This document shows, one piece after another, positions 28,099 to 37,720 of a stretch of DNA of 64,000 bases; within the stretch, counting starts at the first letter, position 1, and the number at the start of each line of letters is the position of its first letter. The notes beneath the pieces were generated by a model. It saw only the letters and a program-made list of their open reading frames with translations, was not told the origin of the DNA and searched no databases. The stretch lies in assembly GCA_964534905.1 (NCBI GenBank), contig CAZHPZ010000002.1, positions 3,745-67,744 on the forward strand, written 5' to 3'. A program made the position numbers and the translations under genes. This DNA comes from an uncultured Lachnospiraceae bacterium. GTDB taxonomy: Bacteria > Bacillota > Clostridia > Oscillospirales > CAG-272.

Positions 28099-29535
28099 TT
28101 ATATGCCGTTAAAGGAAATTTTTGCAAGCCCGGCCTCGCTCGTTTCCTTATATGCAGGTGACATATCGTCCCCTGTTTCCTTCATCGCTATGACTACCTT
28201 ATCAAATGATATCTTTCTTGTATCAAAAAGAAGCGTTGCGAGATTTGCGGCATTTATGGCTCTCATAGCCGCAACCGCGTTTCTTTCAATACAAGGTATC
28301 TGAACAAGACCGCATATGGGATCGCATGTAAGACCGAGATGATGCTCAAGAGCTATCTCCGCAGCATATTCTATTTCGTCAATATTCATTCCGTAAAGCT
28401 CCGCAAGAGCCGCTGCCGCCATAGAGCAGGCGCTTCCTATTTCCGCTTGACATCCGCATTCGGCACCCGATATGGAAGCATTATGCTTTATAAGATTTCC
28501 TATAACTCCAGCGGTTATGAGCGCTTTTATTATATCGGAATCACTAACACCCTTTTTTTCCTGATGATAGAGCATCACGGCAGGCAAAACTCCCGCCGCA
28601 CCGCAAGTCGGAGCGGTAACTATTCTCTCTCCCGCCGCATTTTGTTCACCTACGGCAAATGCATAAGCACAAACGATTCTATTCTCACGGGTTTCGCGGT
28701 TTTCATCGCTTTGATGTGTCAGGAAAAGCTGCTTTGCCTTTTTATGCACGTCAAGACCTCCCGGCAATATTCCCTCATCGGCAAGTCCCGCTTCAATAGA
28801 ACGCTTCATAGCACTCCATATATGCTGCATATATTCAATGAAACCCTCTCCCTCGATTTCACAGGCATATTCCCAAATTCGCATATTATGCTCTCGGCAA
28901 TAATCCGCAATATCCTTGAATGTATCAAGAGCATATATCATTTCGCTCTCCACAAGCGTTTCTCCGTCGGCAACTATACTGCCGCCGCCTACGCTGTAAA
29001 AGCGTTGTCTTGCAATTTCGACATTTCCGTCAAGTGCTATAAGATCCAATGTATTCGGATGAACGGTACAAATATAATCATAATCAAACTCAACGTCGCA
29101 CACGGCAGGCAAAAAAGTCTGCTTTATAACATAATCCGTGCCATGTCCCTTACCTGTCTTTGAAAGCGAACCGTACAACACCGCCTTATACCGAGTTGCG
29201 GGATGCTCGCTCTTAAACCTTATGCAAGCACGCTCCGGTCCTATTGTATGCGAGCTTGACGGGCCTCTCCCTATCTTATAAAACTCCCTTAAAGACGACA
29301 TTCCGTGCTTTTTCGCTATTCTTTTGCTTTGAGTTTCCTCGGGCTGATAAAAATATGTTATGGACACACCGAATATTTTGGCAATCTTCATAAGATTCGA
29401 AGCTGATGGATTGGAAATACTTTTTTCCCATTTTGAAACCGCTTGCTCGGAAATTCCGATGGCTTCGGCAAGCTCCTTTTGAGTTATACCCTTACTTTTT
29501 CTGAGCTTTTTTATTCTCTCGCCTTGACTTTTCAT
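28099..29535 (-). CDS. sdaA: XRE-type HTH domain fused to a single-chain iron-sulfur L-serine dehydratase
   Basis: Residues 1-65 (IKKLRKSKGITQKELAEAIGISEQAVSKWEKSISNPSASNLMKIAKIFGVS) form an HTH_3/XRE domain. From residue 79, MSSLREFYKIGRGPSSSHTIGP, SGAECGCQAEIG and LTCDPICGLVQIPCIERNA match L-serine ammonia-lyase. GGAGG lies upstream of ATG 29535, and no SD is visible before the internal ATG 29301. Confidence 0.85.
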   Translation of the reverse strand: MKSQGERIKKLRKSKGITQKELAEAIGISEQAVSKWEKSISNPSASNLMKIAKIFGVSITYFYQPEETQSKRIAKKHGMSSLREFYKIGRGPSSSHTIGPERACIRFKSEHPATRYKAVLYGSLSKTGKGHGTDYVIKQTFLPAVCDVEFDYDYICTVHPNTLDLIALDGNVEIARQRFYSVGGGSIVADGETLVESEMIYALDTFKDIADYCREHNMRIWEYACEIEGEGFIEYMQHIWSAMKRSIEAGLADEGILPGGLDVHKKAKQLFLTHQSDENRETRENRIVCAYAFAVGEQNAAGERIVTAPTCGAAGVLPAVMLYHQEKKGVSDSDIIKALITAGVIGNLIKHNASISGAECGCQAEIGSACSMAAAALAELYGMNIDEIEYAAEIALEHHLGLTCDPICGLVQIPCIERNAVAAMRAINAANLATLLFDTRKISFDKVVIAMKETGDDMSPAYKETSEAGLAKISFNGI

Positions 29536-29609
29536 AATTCCTCCGAATCAACTAAAGGTTGATATTATTTTACCAAAATAATAAGCGTTTGTCAATCTAA
29601 TTATCAATA

Positions 29610-30578
29610 TTATCCGTTTTTATTTTGATATATTTCAACTATTTTTTTGCCGAACTCTCTTCCGAGCATAAGCTCCGATACCGAATCATAGTGAGCGACA
29701 TCAGGCTCGCCATGCGGCTCCGCATTTACGGTAAGTCCGAGCTCTATTGTAGAAAAATAGATATTAAACTCCGAAAGCTGTGAAAATCGCTCCTTAGCCT
29801 CATTTATTTTCGGATAGCACTCCCACGCATAGCTGTCGGATATACCTGCGTCTATAAAATATATTCCGTTATCCGAGGCATAATTTGCAAAATCCTCACG
29901 CATATATTTCACAAAATTCACCGTATTCTCATAATATTTTTCGGATTTTTCTTCATTCGAATCACTTTCGCCCTGCATCCAGCATATTGCGCCTATGCTC
30001 GCCTGATAATTTTTATCCGAAAGATAAGTCATATAAGTATCGGTAAAAGTCTTAAGTGCTTTATATATAGCGCCACGCTCACCGTTTTTGAGCCACTGAT
30101 AATTCAAATTCGTACCCGAATAGGTATACTTCAAAATAATTATCTTCTCATCGGGAAACGCCTCTGTCAGTACCTCCGCCATTCCGACCTCTGGACCGAA
30201 AAATCCGTCGGCAGCACCGCACTTTGTATTTACGGGAAGAAATTTTCCGTTACTTGTATTATTCCAATCATCAATGCAGTAATTGATAAGTATATTTTCA
30301 AATCCGTTTTCATATATCGCATACTGCTCATCGCCGACATTATCCTTTAAATAGTCGGAACGTGAGGCGCCGCTTGCATTGCTCTGCCCCAAAAGCAAAA
30401 TAACCTTAATAGGACTTCCCTCTCCGTCAGGCAAGCAATCAACGACCTTAAAATCCGTATTTAGCTGCCACTCATCGGACTCCGTGAAAAATCCCTTAAT
30501 ATAATCAATTACCGTACAAGATGTCAGGATTAACGAAGCTGTCAGAAAAAGCGCAATAAATAAAACAAACCTTTTCAT
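29610..30578 (-). CDS. lipoprotein, SASA/CE6-type carbohydrate (sialate-like) O-acetylesterase family
   Basis: The lipobox is LILTSC. GQSNASG (cf. GQSNMxG) and CWMQGESD motifs are present. AAGGGGTG lies upstream of ATG 30578. Confidence 0.7.
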   Translation of the reverse strand: MKRFVLFIALFLTASLILTSCTVIDYIKGFFTESDEWQLNTDFKVVDCLPDGEGSPIKVILLLGQSNASGASRSDYLKDNVGDEQYAIYENGFENILINYCIDDWNNTSNGKFLPVNTKCGAADGFFGPEVGMAEVLTEAFPDEKIIILKYTYSGTNLNYQWLKNGERGAIYKALKTFTDTYMTYLSDKNYQASIGAICWMQGESDSNEEKSEKYYENTVNFVKYMREDFANYASDNGIYFIDAGISDSYAWECYPKINEAKERFSQLSEFNIYFSTIELGLTVNAEPHGEPDVAHYDSVSELMLGREFGKKIVEIYQNKNG

Positions 30579-30639
30579 AATACACCCCTTATTTTTTATG
30601 TAAATTATATCATATCCCACATCTGTTTTCAATATTATA

Positions 30640-30668
30640 TTGACTTTTCATCAAAAAAAGGTTACAAT
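30640..30668 (+). promoter_or_regulatory. sigma-A promoter candidate (TTGACT-17-TACAAT)
   Basis: Hexamers have a 17-nt spacer and lie upstream of the TrmH-family gene. Confidence 0.45.
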
Positions 30669-30695
30669 TAATTGATAAAATAAAAAGGATATATT

Positions 30696-31541
30696 ATGGC
30701 AAAATTTATTAAAGTAACAAGCATAAATGACGGTGCCCTCGACGCTTATGTAAGGCTTACGGGAGCACAATTAAAAAATAAGTTCGAACCCGACAAGGGT
30801 ATTTTTATAGCCGAAAGCCCAAAGGTTATCGAAACCGCACTGTCTGAGGGATATGAGCCGATATCGCTTCTGACGGATGAAAGGCTAATAAACAGCGCGG
30901 TAAAAGGAATCATAGATATGCTTCCGCAGGATACACCAGTTTACAGTGCGGAAAGAGATCTGCTGACCTCCATTACGGGATATGAATTAACCAGAGGTGC
31001 GCTTTGCGCTATGAGACGGAAGCCGCTTCCGACCTTGCACGACGTATGTGAGAATGCCAAGCGTATTGCGATTTTCGAAGAGATTGCGGACTCGACGAAT
31101 ATCGGTGCACTATTCAGAAGTGCCGCGGCCTTGGGAGTGGATGCAATACTTGTCACCCCAACCTGCTGTGATCCCATGTGCAGACGTTCTATAAGAGTCA
31201 GTATGGGAACGGTATTTCAAATTTCGTGGACTCGCATAGGCGAAGCAAGCCGTGATTGGCCGGATAATATGACCTTGGTGCAAGAGCTCGGATTTAAAAC
31301 CTGTGCTATGGCATTGCGAAACAACACCGTAGATATTGACGACGAGAATCTGAGATCCGAAGAAAAGCTTGCTATCGTACTCGGTACAGAGGGTACTGGG
31401 CTTACTCCGAAAACAATAGATATGTGTGATTTCACCGTAAAAATACCGATGTGGCACGGCGTTGACTCCTTGAACGTAGGTGCAGCCGGAGCAATAGCCT
31501 TTTGGGAATTCACAAAAAAAGCAAATAAAAATGCGGACTGA
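30696..31541 (+). CDS. TrmH/SpoU-family RNA 2'-O-methyltransferase
   Basis: SpoU motifs are present: IADSTNIGALFRSAAALG, LVLGTEGTGL-like (IVLGTEGTGLT) and IPMWHGVDSLNVGAAGAIAFWE. Confidence 0.88.
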   Translation: MAKFIKVTSINDGALDAYVRLTGAQLKNKFEPDKGIFIAESPKVIETALSEGYEPISLLTDERLINSAVKGIIDMLPQDTPVYSAERDLLTSITGYELTRGALCAMRRKPLPTLHDVCENAKRIAIFEEIADSTNIGALFRSAAALGVDAILVTPTCCDPMCRRSIRVSMGTVFQISWTRIGEASRDWPDNMTLVQELGFKTCAMALRNNTVDIDDENLRSEEKLAIVLGTEGTGLTPKTIDMCDFTVKIPMWHGVDSLNVGAAGAIAFWEFTKKANKNAD

Positions 31542-31560
31542 CGAGCAGTCCGCATTTTAT
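31531..31560. terminator. bidirectional terminator overlapping the stop of the methyltransferase gene
   Basis: ATGCGGACTG-ACGAG-CAGTCCGCAT with T-runs on both strands. Confidence 0.6.
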
Positions 31561-31561
31561 A

Positions 31562-33058
31562 TTATTTTGCACTTATTGTTACAGTTGCGAAGTCTGAGCC
31601 TATGGAATTAACCGTAAAGGTAAACCCAAGCGTTTTGCCGCTGTCAAGCTTTGTAGTAGGCATTTTATCACCCTCTACGTATGTATAATTACCTTCGCTT
31701 GACTTTACAAATTCGATAAGGTCGTCATCACTTCCGTAATCATCGGACGAATCGGTATTATTATTTGCTATATAATAATATTTTTCTCCGTCATACGTCT
31801 CGCTTGTGAGCGTAGCGTTTATATGATAAACTATTACGCCATCACGGCTGAAATATCCTGCACCATCTCCCGCATTAAGTCCTGTATTCTTGTAGTATAC
31901 GAGAATGTAATACTCCTGATAAGCGCCGAGCTTAGTATCAAAGTTATTTGCAAGGATTATAGTATCTCCGTTCTTTGAGAAGTCCTCAAGCTTCAGTGTA
32001 ACGCTGCTATCCGTAGTAACCACTCTCGATGTTGTTACCCAACCGAGATTGAATTTCGAAAATGCATTGTGATCTCCGAGCATATAGTCCATAACGTCAC
32101 ATCCGTTCATCGGTCCATCCGTCTTTCCCGATGTATCGTAATAATCGTCAAGTCCGAGAATATGTCCGAACTCGTGAATATATGTATACGTATTCATAAC
32201 CGACTTATTGTTATAGCTTACATTTCCATCTGCGTCAGTTGCTTCCATCATGAATTGATACGAAGCCCAGAGATAGTCGTTTGCGCTTACACCGTCATAT
32301 TCATAGAAATAGCCGTCGTCATCGGTGTAAATATTCCAATAACGGTATGCCCAATAGAAATTTTCTTCTCCGATATCAAGTGTATTTATGAGAACGATGG
32401 AGTCGATTATATTGTTTCCGTCGGAGTCAAATTTCGAAAGATCCATTTTTTCGGACAAATATGCAAGTGCCTCGTCTATAATAAGCTGATCTCCTATTTC
32501 AACGCTGTCTCCGTAATAATCGTATGTAGCATTGTAATAGTAAGTGCTTTTATTTTTGGGGCAGAACCATTCGTCAAGAACCGTGATATCAAGCTCAAGC
32601 TGACCGTAGCTTGAAATATAGTAATAATCGTAAACGGAATAATAATCAGTCTTACCGTTCTTCTTGAATGCTTCTTTTATCTTATCTATCGTATATCCCT
32701 TGCTTGACGCCTTAACGTCGCTGAATTCAACGGGGATAACAAGCACAGCGGGAGAACCGGTGGTGGGACATCCGTCAAGGTAGTCTCCCTGATCGCTTAC
32801 GTTTTTAACATTTTCCGCATCCGTAAAATCAACATTGATATATCCGTCATCTACCGGATCATTGCCGCCGTTATTATTAGCGGTAGTTGATGAGGAAGAG
32901 GGCTTAGTCGTTGGTGTCGTGGTGGGTGTTGTAGTAGGTGTTGTTGAGGGCTGCGTTGTCGTTACAAACGGAAACAAATCTTCAATATCCTGAAGATTAC
33001 ACGATGTAAATACAAGCGTCATCGACAGCAACAAAATTATTGCAACTGTTTTTTTCAT
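31562..33058 (-). CDS. secreted lipoprotein, M6 (immune inhibitor A-like) zinc metalloprotease domain
   Basis: The lipobox is LVFTSC. A Thr/Pro linker (TTPTTTPTTTPTTKPSSSS) follows. AVLVIPVEFSD and HEFGHILGLDDYYD (HExxH) are present. Confidence 0.75.
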   Translation of the reverse strand: MKKTVAIILLLSMTLVFTSCNLQDIEDLFPFVTTTQPSTTPTTTPTTTPTTKPSSSSTTANNNGGNDPVDDGYINVDFTDAENVKNVSDQGDYLDGCPTTGSPAVLVIPVEFSDVKASSKGYTIDKIKEAFKKNGKTDYYSVYDYYYISSYGQLELDITVLDEWFCPKNKSTYYYNATYDYYGDSVEIGDQLIIDEALAYLSEKMDLSKFDSDGNNIIDSIVLINTLDIGEENFYWAYRYWNIYTDDDGYFYEYDGVSANDYLWASYQFMMEATDADGNVSYNNKSVMNTYTYIHEFGHILGLDDYYDTSGKTDGPMNGCDVMDYMLGDHNAFSKFNLGWVTTSRVVTTDSSVTLKLEDFSKNGDTIILANNFDTKLGAYQEYYILVYYKNTGLNAGDGAGYFSRDGVIVYHINATLTSETYDGEKYYYIANNNTDSSDDYGSDDDLIEFVKSSEGNYTYVEGDKMPTTKLDSGKTLGFTFTVNSIGSDFATVTISAK

Positions 33059-33217
33059 ACTTTTCTCCTATCGTTTATTTTTTAACAATTATAGCACATT
33101 AATATACAAAAGTCAACAATATATTGTATCATTTTTATTAATCAAATGATAATTAACTCTATATTTTGTTGATTTTGATGATTCGTGTTATTTGCGAAAA
33201 ATTTGCGGTAAAAGCGC

Positions 33218-33272
33218 TTGACTTTAGTACGATTTCGTATTATAATATCAGTCATGCAATACGAAACCGTAC
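33218..33272 (+). promoter_or_regulatory. sigma-A promoter (TTGACT-17-TATAAT) bracketed by a 14-bp inverted repeat, a likely MarR operator
   Basis: The -35 is at 33218-33223 and the -10 at 33241-33246. GTACGATTTCGTAT (33227-33240) and ATACGAAACCGTAC (33259-33272) are inverted copies with one mismatch. Each is internally palindromic (TACGA..TCGTA / TACG....CGTA). Confidence 0.55.
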
Positions 33273-33288
33273 CGAAAGGAGCCGTATT

Positions 33289-33741
33289 ATGGATGAAAAT
33301 TATAAATTATTAAGAAAAATAATGCTCGCCACAAACAAAATAGACGGAGCGTATTATTCATTCGCAAGAAAACACAATCAAAACGAGAACACACTCGCTT
33401 TTATTTATGCCCTCTCGGACCGCAAGCCTCACTCGCAAAAGGAAATCAGCGAGGAATGGGTAATTCCGAAAACGACTATAAACTACATTGTAAAATCTAT
33501 GCTGGCGGACGGTTATATCGAATTCATTTCCGGTGTAAAAGCACGTGAAAAAGCAATCGTCCTGACAGACAGCGGAAGAGATTACGTCGACAAGATTCTC
33601 GCGGATATATACGACGCGGAAAACGAGGCTATTTCGGAGGTTCTCAAGAAATATCCACCCGAATTTGCGGATGCAATTGACGAGCTTGCCGACAGGCTCT
33701 TACAAACATTAACGGAAAGCAACAAAGGAGATAAAATATGA
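33289..33741 (+). CDS. MarR-family transcriptional regulator
   Basis: The winged-HTH pattern is HSQKEISEEWVIPKTTINYIVKSMLADGYIE......REK...LT..G. AAAGGAG lies upstream of ATG 33289. The ORF-track start at 33166 would put the promoter inside the gene. Confidence 0.85.
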   Translation: MDENYKLLRKIMLATNKIDGAYYSFARKHNQNENTLAFIYALSDRKPHSQKEISEEWVIPKTTINYIVKSMLADGYIEFISGVKAREKAIVLTDSGRDYVDKILADIYDAENEAISEVLKKYPPEFADAIDELADRLLQTLTESNKGDKI

Positions 33742-35072
33742 ATATTCAACTTTCGGATCATTTTTCATACAAAAAGCTTTTAAGGTTTACCTTGCCTTCG
33801 ATTATTATGATGATATTTTCATCTATATACAGCATAGTAGACGGATTTTTTATTTCCAATTTTGTCGGAATAACATCATTTGCGGCAGTCAATCTTATAA
33901 TGCCTGTGCTTATGATACTCGGAACAGTGGGATTTATGCTCGGTACGGGAGGTACCGCCTTGGTATCGAAAACATACGGTAACGGAGAAAAGGAAAAGGC
34001 AAATCAATATTTTTCGCTCTTCGTATATGTCACCTTTGCTCTCGGCGTTATAATGGCTATACTGAGCTTTATATTTATTCGTCCGATAGCCGTTCTTCTT
34101 AAAGCAGAGGGACAGCTTCTTGAGGATTGCGTCATATATTCTCGCATAATCATTTGCGCTCTTCCCTTTTATATGCTTCAGGTAATGTTCCAAAACTTCT
34201 TTGTTGCCGCAGAAAGACCCCAGCTCGGTCTTTACGTGACAGTCAGCGCCGGCGTTACAAATATGGTGCTCGACGCACTTCTCGTTTTGCTTTTGCCTCA
34301 GGAGCTCAAGCTTGCGGGTGCGGCAATCGCAACGGCGACTTCTCAATCTATCGGCGGAATAATCCCGCTAATTTACTTTTCAAGAAAAAACAAAAGTATT
34401 CTTCGTCTCGGAAAAACACATTTCAGCGGTTCGGCTCTGCTCAAGGCTTGCACAAACGGTTCCTCGGAATTTATGAGCAATGTTGCAATGAATCTTGTCG
34501 GAGTTTTGTACAATCTTCAGCTTATGAAGTATGCAGGTGAGGACGGAATTGCGGCATACGGAGTTATGATGTACGTAAGCATGATATTCTCTGCCGCGTT
34601 TATGGGATATACGGTTGGAGTCGCTCCGATCATCGGATTCCACTACGGTGCCAAAAATCAAAACGAGCTTAAGGGGCTGTTGCGTAAAAGCCTCAAAATA
34701 ATCGGCATATTCGGCATCGCAATGATAGCCGCCGCGGAAATACTCGCCTTGCCGGTTTCAATGATATTCGCTTCCAAGGATGAAGCTCTGCTTGAAATGA
34801 CCGTATCGGGCTTCAGAATATTCGCTCTCTGCTTCGGATTTATGGGATTTGCGATATTTACATCCGGATTTTTCACAGCACTCAACGACGGACTTACATC
34901 CGCTCTCATCGCTTTTCTGAGAACACTTGTGTTCCAATGTGCCGCAATACTTATTATGCCTCTTATTTGGGAACTTAACGGCATATGGGGATCGGTCGTC
35001 GTAGCCGAGCTTATGGCATTTCTTCTCGGATTTCTGTTTCTTGCAATCAAAAAGAAAAAATACGAATATTAA
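33738..35072 (+). CDS. MATE-family efflux transporter
   Basis: The profile shows 12 TM segments. The N-terminus has the typical LLRFTLPSIIMMIFSSIYSIVDGFFISNFVG. Its ATG overlaps the marR stop (ATGA). Confidence 0.9.
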   Translation: MNIQLSDHFSYKKLLRFTLPSIIMMIFSSIYSIVDGFFISNFVGITSFAAVNLIMPVLMILGTVGFMLGTGGTALVSKTYGNGEKEKANQYFSLFVYVTFALGVIMAILSFIFIRPIAVLLKAEGQLLEDCVIYSRIIICALPFYMLQVMFQNFFVAAERPQLGLYVTVSAGVTNMVLDALLVLLLPQELKLAGAAIATATSQSIGGIIPLIYFSRKNKSILRLGKTHFSGSALLKACTNGSSEFMSNVAMNLVGVLYNLQLMKYAGEDGIAAYGVMMYVSMIFSAAFMGYTVGVAPIIGFHYGAKNQNELKGLLRKSLKIIGIFGIAMIAAAEILALPVSMIFASKDEALLEMTVSGFRIFALCFGFMGFAIFTSGFFTALNDGLTSALIAFLRTLVFQCAAILIMPLIWELNGIWGSVVVAELMAFLLGFLFLAIKKKKYEY

Positions 35073-35201
35073 AAACACCAATATTTATAAAAATACAATT
35101 CAAATCTCATATTTTTACGTTTCAACAAGCTTTTGTTTAGTAAAATAATCCGTATTTTCTTCATTATTTTAACAAAAATGAATATTTTTTTGCATAAGTA
35201 C

Positions 35202-35230
35202 TTGAAAAAATGATTGTTTTAAGTTATAAT
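35202..35230 (+). promoter_or_regulatory. sigma-A promoter (TTGAAA-17-TATAAT)
   Basis: Hexamers have a 17-nt spacer and lie 45 nt upstream of the TTG start at 35275. Confidence 0.5.
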
Positions 35231-35274
35231 TAATTGGATAAAATTGAGATTATGTATTTTAGGAGGTATTATCC

Positions 35275-36159
35275 TTGAGTAAAAGAAAACCCATAATGGC
35301 TATTTGCTATGACTTCGACAAAACTCTTTCCCCCGACGATATGCAAACATTTACCCTCATTCCCTCTTTCGGAGTGAATGTAGGAGAATTTTGGGATGAA
35401 TCGGATGAGCTCGCCAAGGACAACAGAATGGAAATGAACCTTGCGTGGATGTACGAGCTTATCAAATGGTCTAACTTCAAAGGAAAATCTCTCAAGCGCG
35501 ATTACTTCAGAGAATCGGGTGCGGAGGTCAAGCTCTATGAGGGAGTGGACACATGGTTCTCGCGTATTAACAAATATGCCGAAAGCAAAGGCATAGAGGT
35601 TGAGCACTATGTTATCTCTTCGGGACTTCGTGAAATTATCGAGGGAAGCGTAATTGCAGAAAATTTCAAGAAAATATATGCTTCTTCATATCTCTACAAT
35701 GCCGACGGAGTTGCTATCTGGCCCGCTCAGGCAGTCAATTACACCAATAAAACACAATACCTTTTCAGAATTTCAAAGGGATTTCTCGATGAACACGACG
35801 AGCGTGTAAACGACAGCGTTCCGAAGAATGAGCGCAGAGTTCCGTTTACGAATATGGTATACATCGGCGACAGCGCAACTGACATTCCCTGTATGCACCT
35901 TGTTAAGGAGCGCGGCGGATACACAATCGGCGTTTTCGACCCCATAAAGGACAACAGAGACAAGGTATACAAGCTTCTCAATGACGGACGTCTTACATTC
36001 TATGCTCCCGCAGATTACACCGAAAAGAGCGCTATGACAAAGTATCTTAAGCAGATAATAGACACGGTAGCACTCAACGAAAAGATTAAGGACGAGCAGA
36101 GACTTCTTGAGCAGCCTGCAATCGATTTTAAGCTTGCTAAGGAAAGCAACGAAAATTAA
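35275..36159 (+). CDS. HAD-superfamily hydrolase
   Basis: Motif I is ICYDFDKTLS (DxDxT) and motif IV is YIGDSATDIP. A TTG start is preceded by GGAGG. Confidence 0.75.
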   Translation: MSKRKPIMAICYDFDKTLSPDDMQTFTLIPSFGVNVGEFWDESDELAKDNRMEMNLAWMYELIKWSNFKGKSLKRDYFRESGAEVKLYEGVDTWFSRINKYAESKGIEVEHYVISSGLREIIEGSVIAENFKKIYASSYLYNADGVAIWPAQAVNYTNKTQYLFRISKGFLDEHDERVNDSVPKNERRVPFTNMVYIGDSATDIPCMHLVKERGGYTIGVFDPIKDNRDKVYKLLNDGRLTFYAPADYTEKSAMTKYLKQIIDTVALNEKIKDEQRLLEQPAIDFKLAKESNEN

Positions 36160-36164
36160 ACATT

Positions 36165-36200
36165 AAAATCCTCCGTATGACAATCATACGGAGGATTTTC
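36165..36200. terminator. bidirectional terminator
   Basis: AAAATCCTCCGTATG-ACAAT-CATACGGAGGATTTT, a 15-bp perfect stem between convergent genes. Confidence 0.75.
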
Positions 36201-36203
36201 TTA

Positions 36204-37709
36204 TTAATTAAGCGAGTATATTTCGGAATACTTTTCCTTAAGATAATCTGTGAAATACGAGGGATCGAACTTTTCTCCGAGAGCAAGCTCCAAAAGCTCA
36301 CTCGGATTTTTAAGAGAGCCGTATTTCCATATATGCTCCCTGTTCCATTCGTTAATCGGAGCAAAATTGCCCTCGGCAAGACATTTATCAACATCAACTG
36401 TCTCCTTCATTTTCGCAAGCAGATGTGCACCGTATGCCGAGCCCAATGCGTATGAGGGGAAATATCCTACCGCACCGCCTGACCAATGGCTGTCCTGAAG
36501 CACACCCTCTCTGTCCGATGGCACCTCAACGCCGAGATATTCGCGGTAAAGCTTGTTCCACTCATTGGGAAGATCCTTAACCTCCAATTCTCCGCTCATC
36601 ACTCTTTTTTCAAGCTCATATCGAATAATCACGTGCATGGCGTAGGTAACCTCGTCCGCCTCGGTTCTTATAAGCGAGGGCTTAACGAGATTTACAGCCT
36701 TATAGAAATCCTCTGCCGTATATCCCGCCATCTGCTCGGGGAAGCATTCGCATACCTTGGGGAAAATATACTGTGTGAATGCACGGCTTCTTCCGATAAT
36801 ATTTTCATAAAAACGGCTCTGACTCTCGTGTATACCCATTGAAACGCCGCCGTCAAGAAAGGTATAGGCATATTCATCTGCGGAATTCATATCGTAAAGC
36901 GCATGTCCGCCCTCGTGAATCACGCTGTACATTGACGAGGACATATTGTTTCTTTGATAATTCGTGGTTATACGAACATCGTGATGCGATCCTATGCTCG
37001 TTGTAAAGGGATGCTCTGTTGTGCCGAGTCCGCAAACGCCGAGATCTATTCCCATAGTCTTCATCAAATCAAGCGCAAATTTTTCCTGTGCTGCCTCGTC
37101 AAATTCTCCCCATATGCACGAATCGTCAACCTGCTTGCTTTCGCCTATCCTTTTGATAAGGGGTACAAGTTCTTCTTTTAAGGTATCGAAAAATTCGTCG
37201 CACTTTTCCATAGTAAGTCCCTTTTCATACTGATCAAGGCAATAATCATAGGGGTGCTTTTCGGGAGCGCAGTATCCCGCTACCTTTTTGTTATATTCGA
37301 AGATCTGCTCAAGTATAGGGCGGAAGATTTCAAAATTACTTTCTTCCTTTGCTCTGTGCCAAGCGTCATCGGCTTCTACCAAAAGCTCCTGATATGCGGT
37401 ATATTCCTTAAGCGGTATCTTTTTCATCTCCTGCATATCGTGATATGCAAGATATACCACTCTTCTGTCCTTTTCGCAAAGCTCATCCTTGTGCGAGTCC
37501 AGCAGCTCAAGAATTTCGGTCATCTCATCTCCTGTGCTGATCTTATACGCCTCTTCGCTGAGAACAGAGAGAGCGTGCGCACGGTTAGCCGCGGTTTTCT
37601 TCGGTGCAGTTGTAACGCCGTCGTAGTATATCAGCGACATTGCGTGATTGTATGCGCTGAATTTCGATTGAAGCTCATAAAGCTTTGTAAGTGCTTCGTT
37701 TACAGTCAT
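36204..37709 (-). CDS. M32 carboxypeptidase (Taq-type thermostable carboxypeptidase family)
   Basis: TEHPFT, HEGGHALYD, GIHESQSRFYEN, IRTEADEVTY and LQDSHWSGG are present. AAAGGAG lies upstream of ATG 37709. Confidence 0.9.
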   Translation of the reverse strand: MTVNEALTKLYELQSKFSAYNHAMSLIYYDGVTTAPKKTAANRAHALSVLSEEAYKISTGDEMTEILELLDSHKDELCEKDRRVVYLAYHDMQEMKKIPLKEYTAYQELLVEADDAWHRAKEESNFEIFRPILEQIFEYNKKVAGYCAPEKHPYDYCLDQYEKGLTMEKCDEFFDTLKEELVPLIKRIGESKQVDDSCIWGEFDEAAQEKFALDLMKTMGIDLGVCGLGTTEHPFTTSIGSHHDVRITTNYQRNNMSSSMYSVIHEGGHALYDMNSADEYAYTFLDGGVSMGIHESQSRFYENIIGRSRAFTQYIFPKVCECFPEQMAGYTAEDFYKAVNLVKPSLIRTEADEVTYAMHVIIRYELEKRVMSGELEVKDLPNEWNKLYREYLGVEVPSDREGVLQDSHWSGGAVGYFPSYALGSAYGAHLLAKMKETVDVDKCLAEGNFAPINEWNREHIWKYGSLKNPSELLELALGEKFDPSYFTDYLKEKYSEIYSLN

Positions 37710-37720
37710 ATTTTTCTCCT

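Noticed and set aside
33166-33288. Long N-terminal extension of the MarR ORF
   Set aside because: The consensus promoter and operator (33218-33272) lie inside the extension. AAAGGAG precedes ATG 33289, which gives a standard 150-aa MarR.
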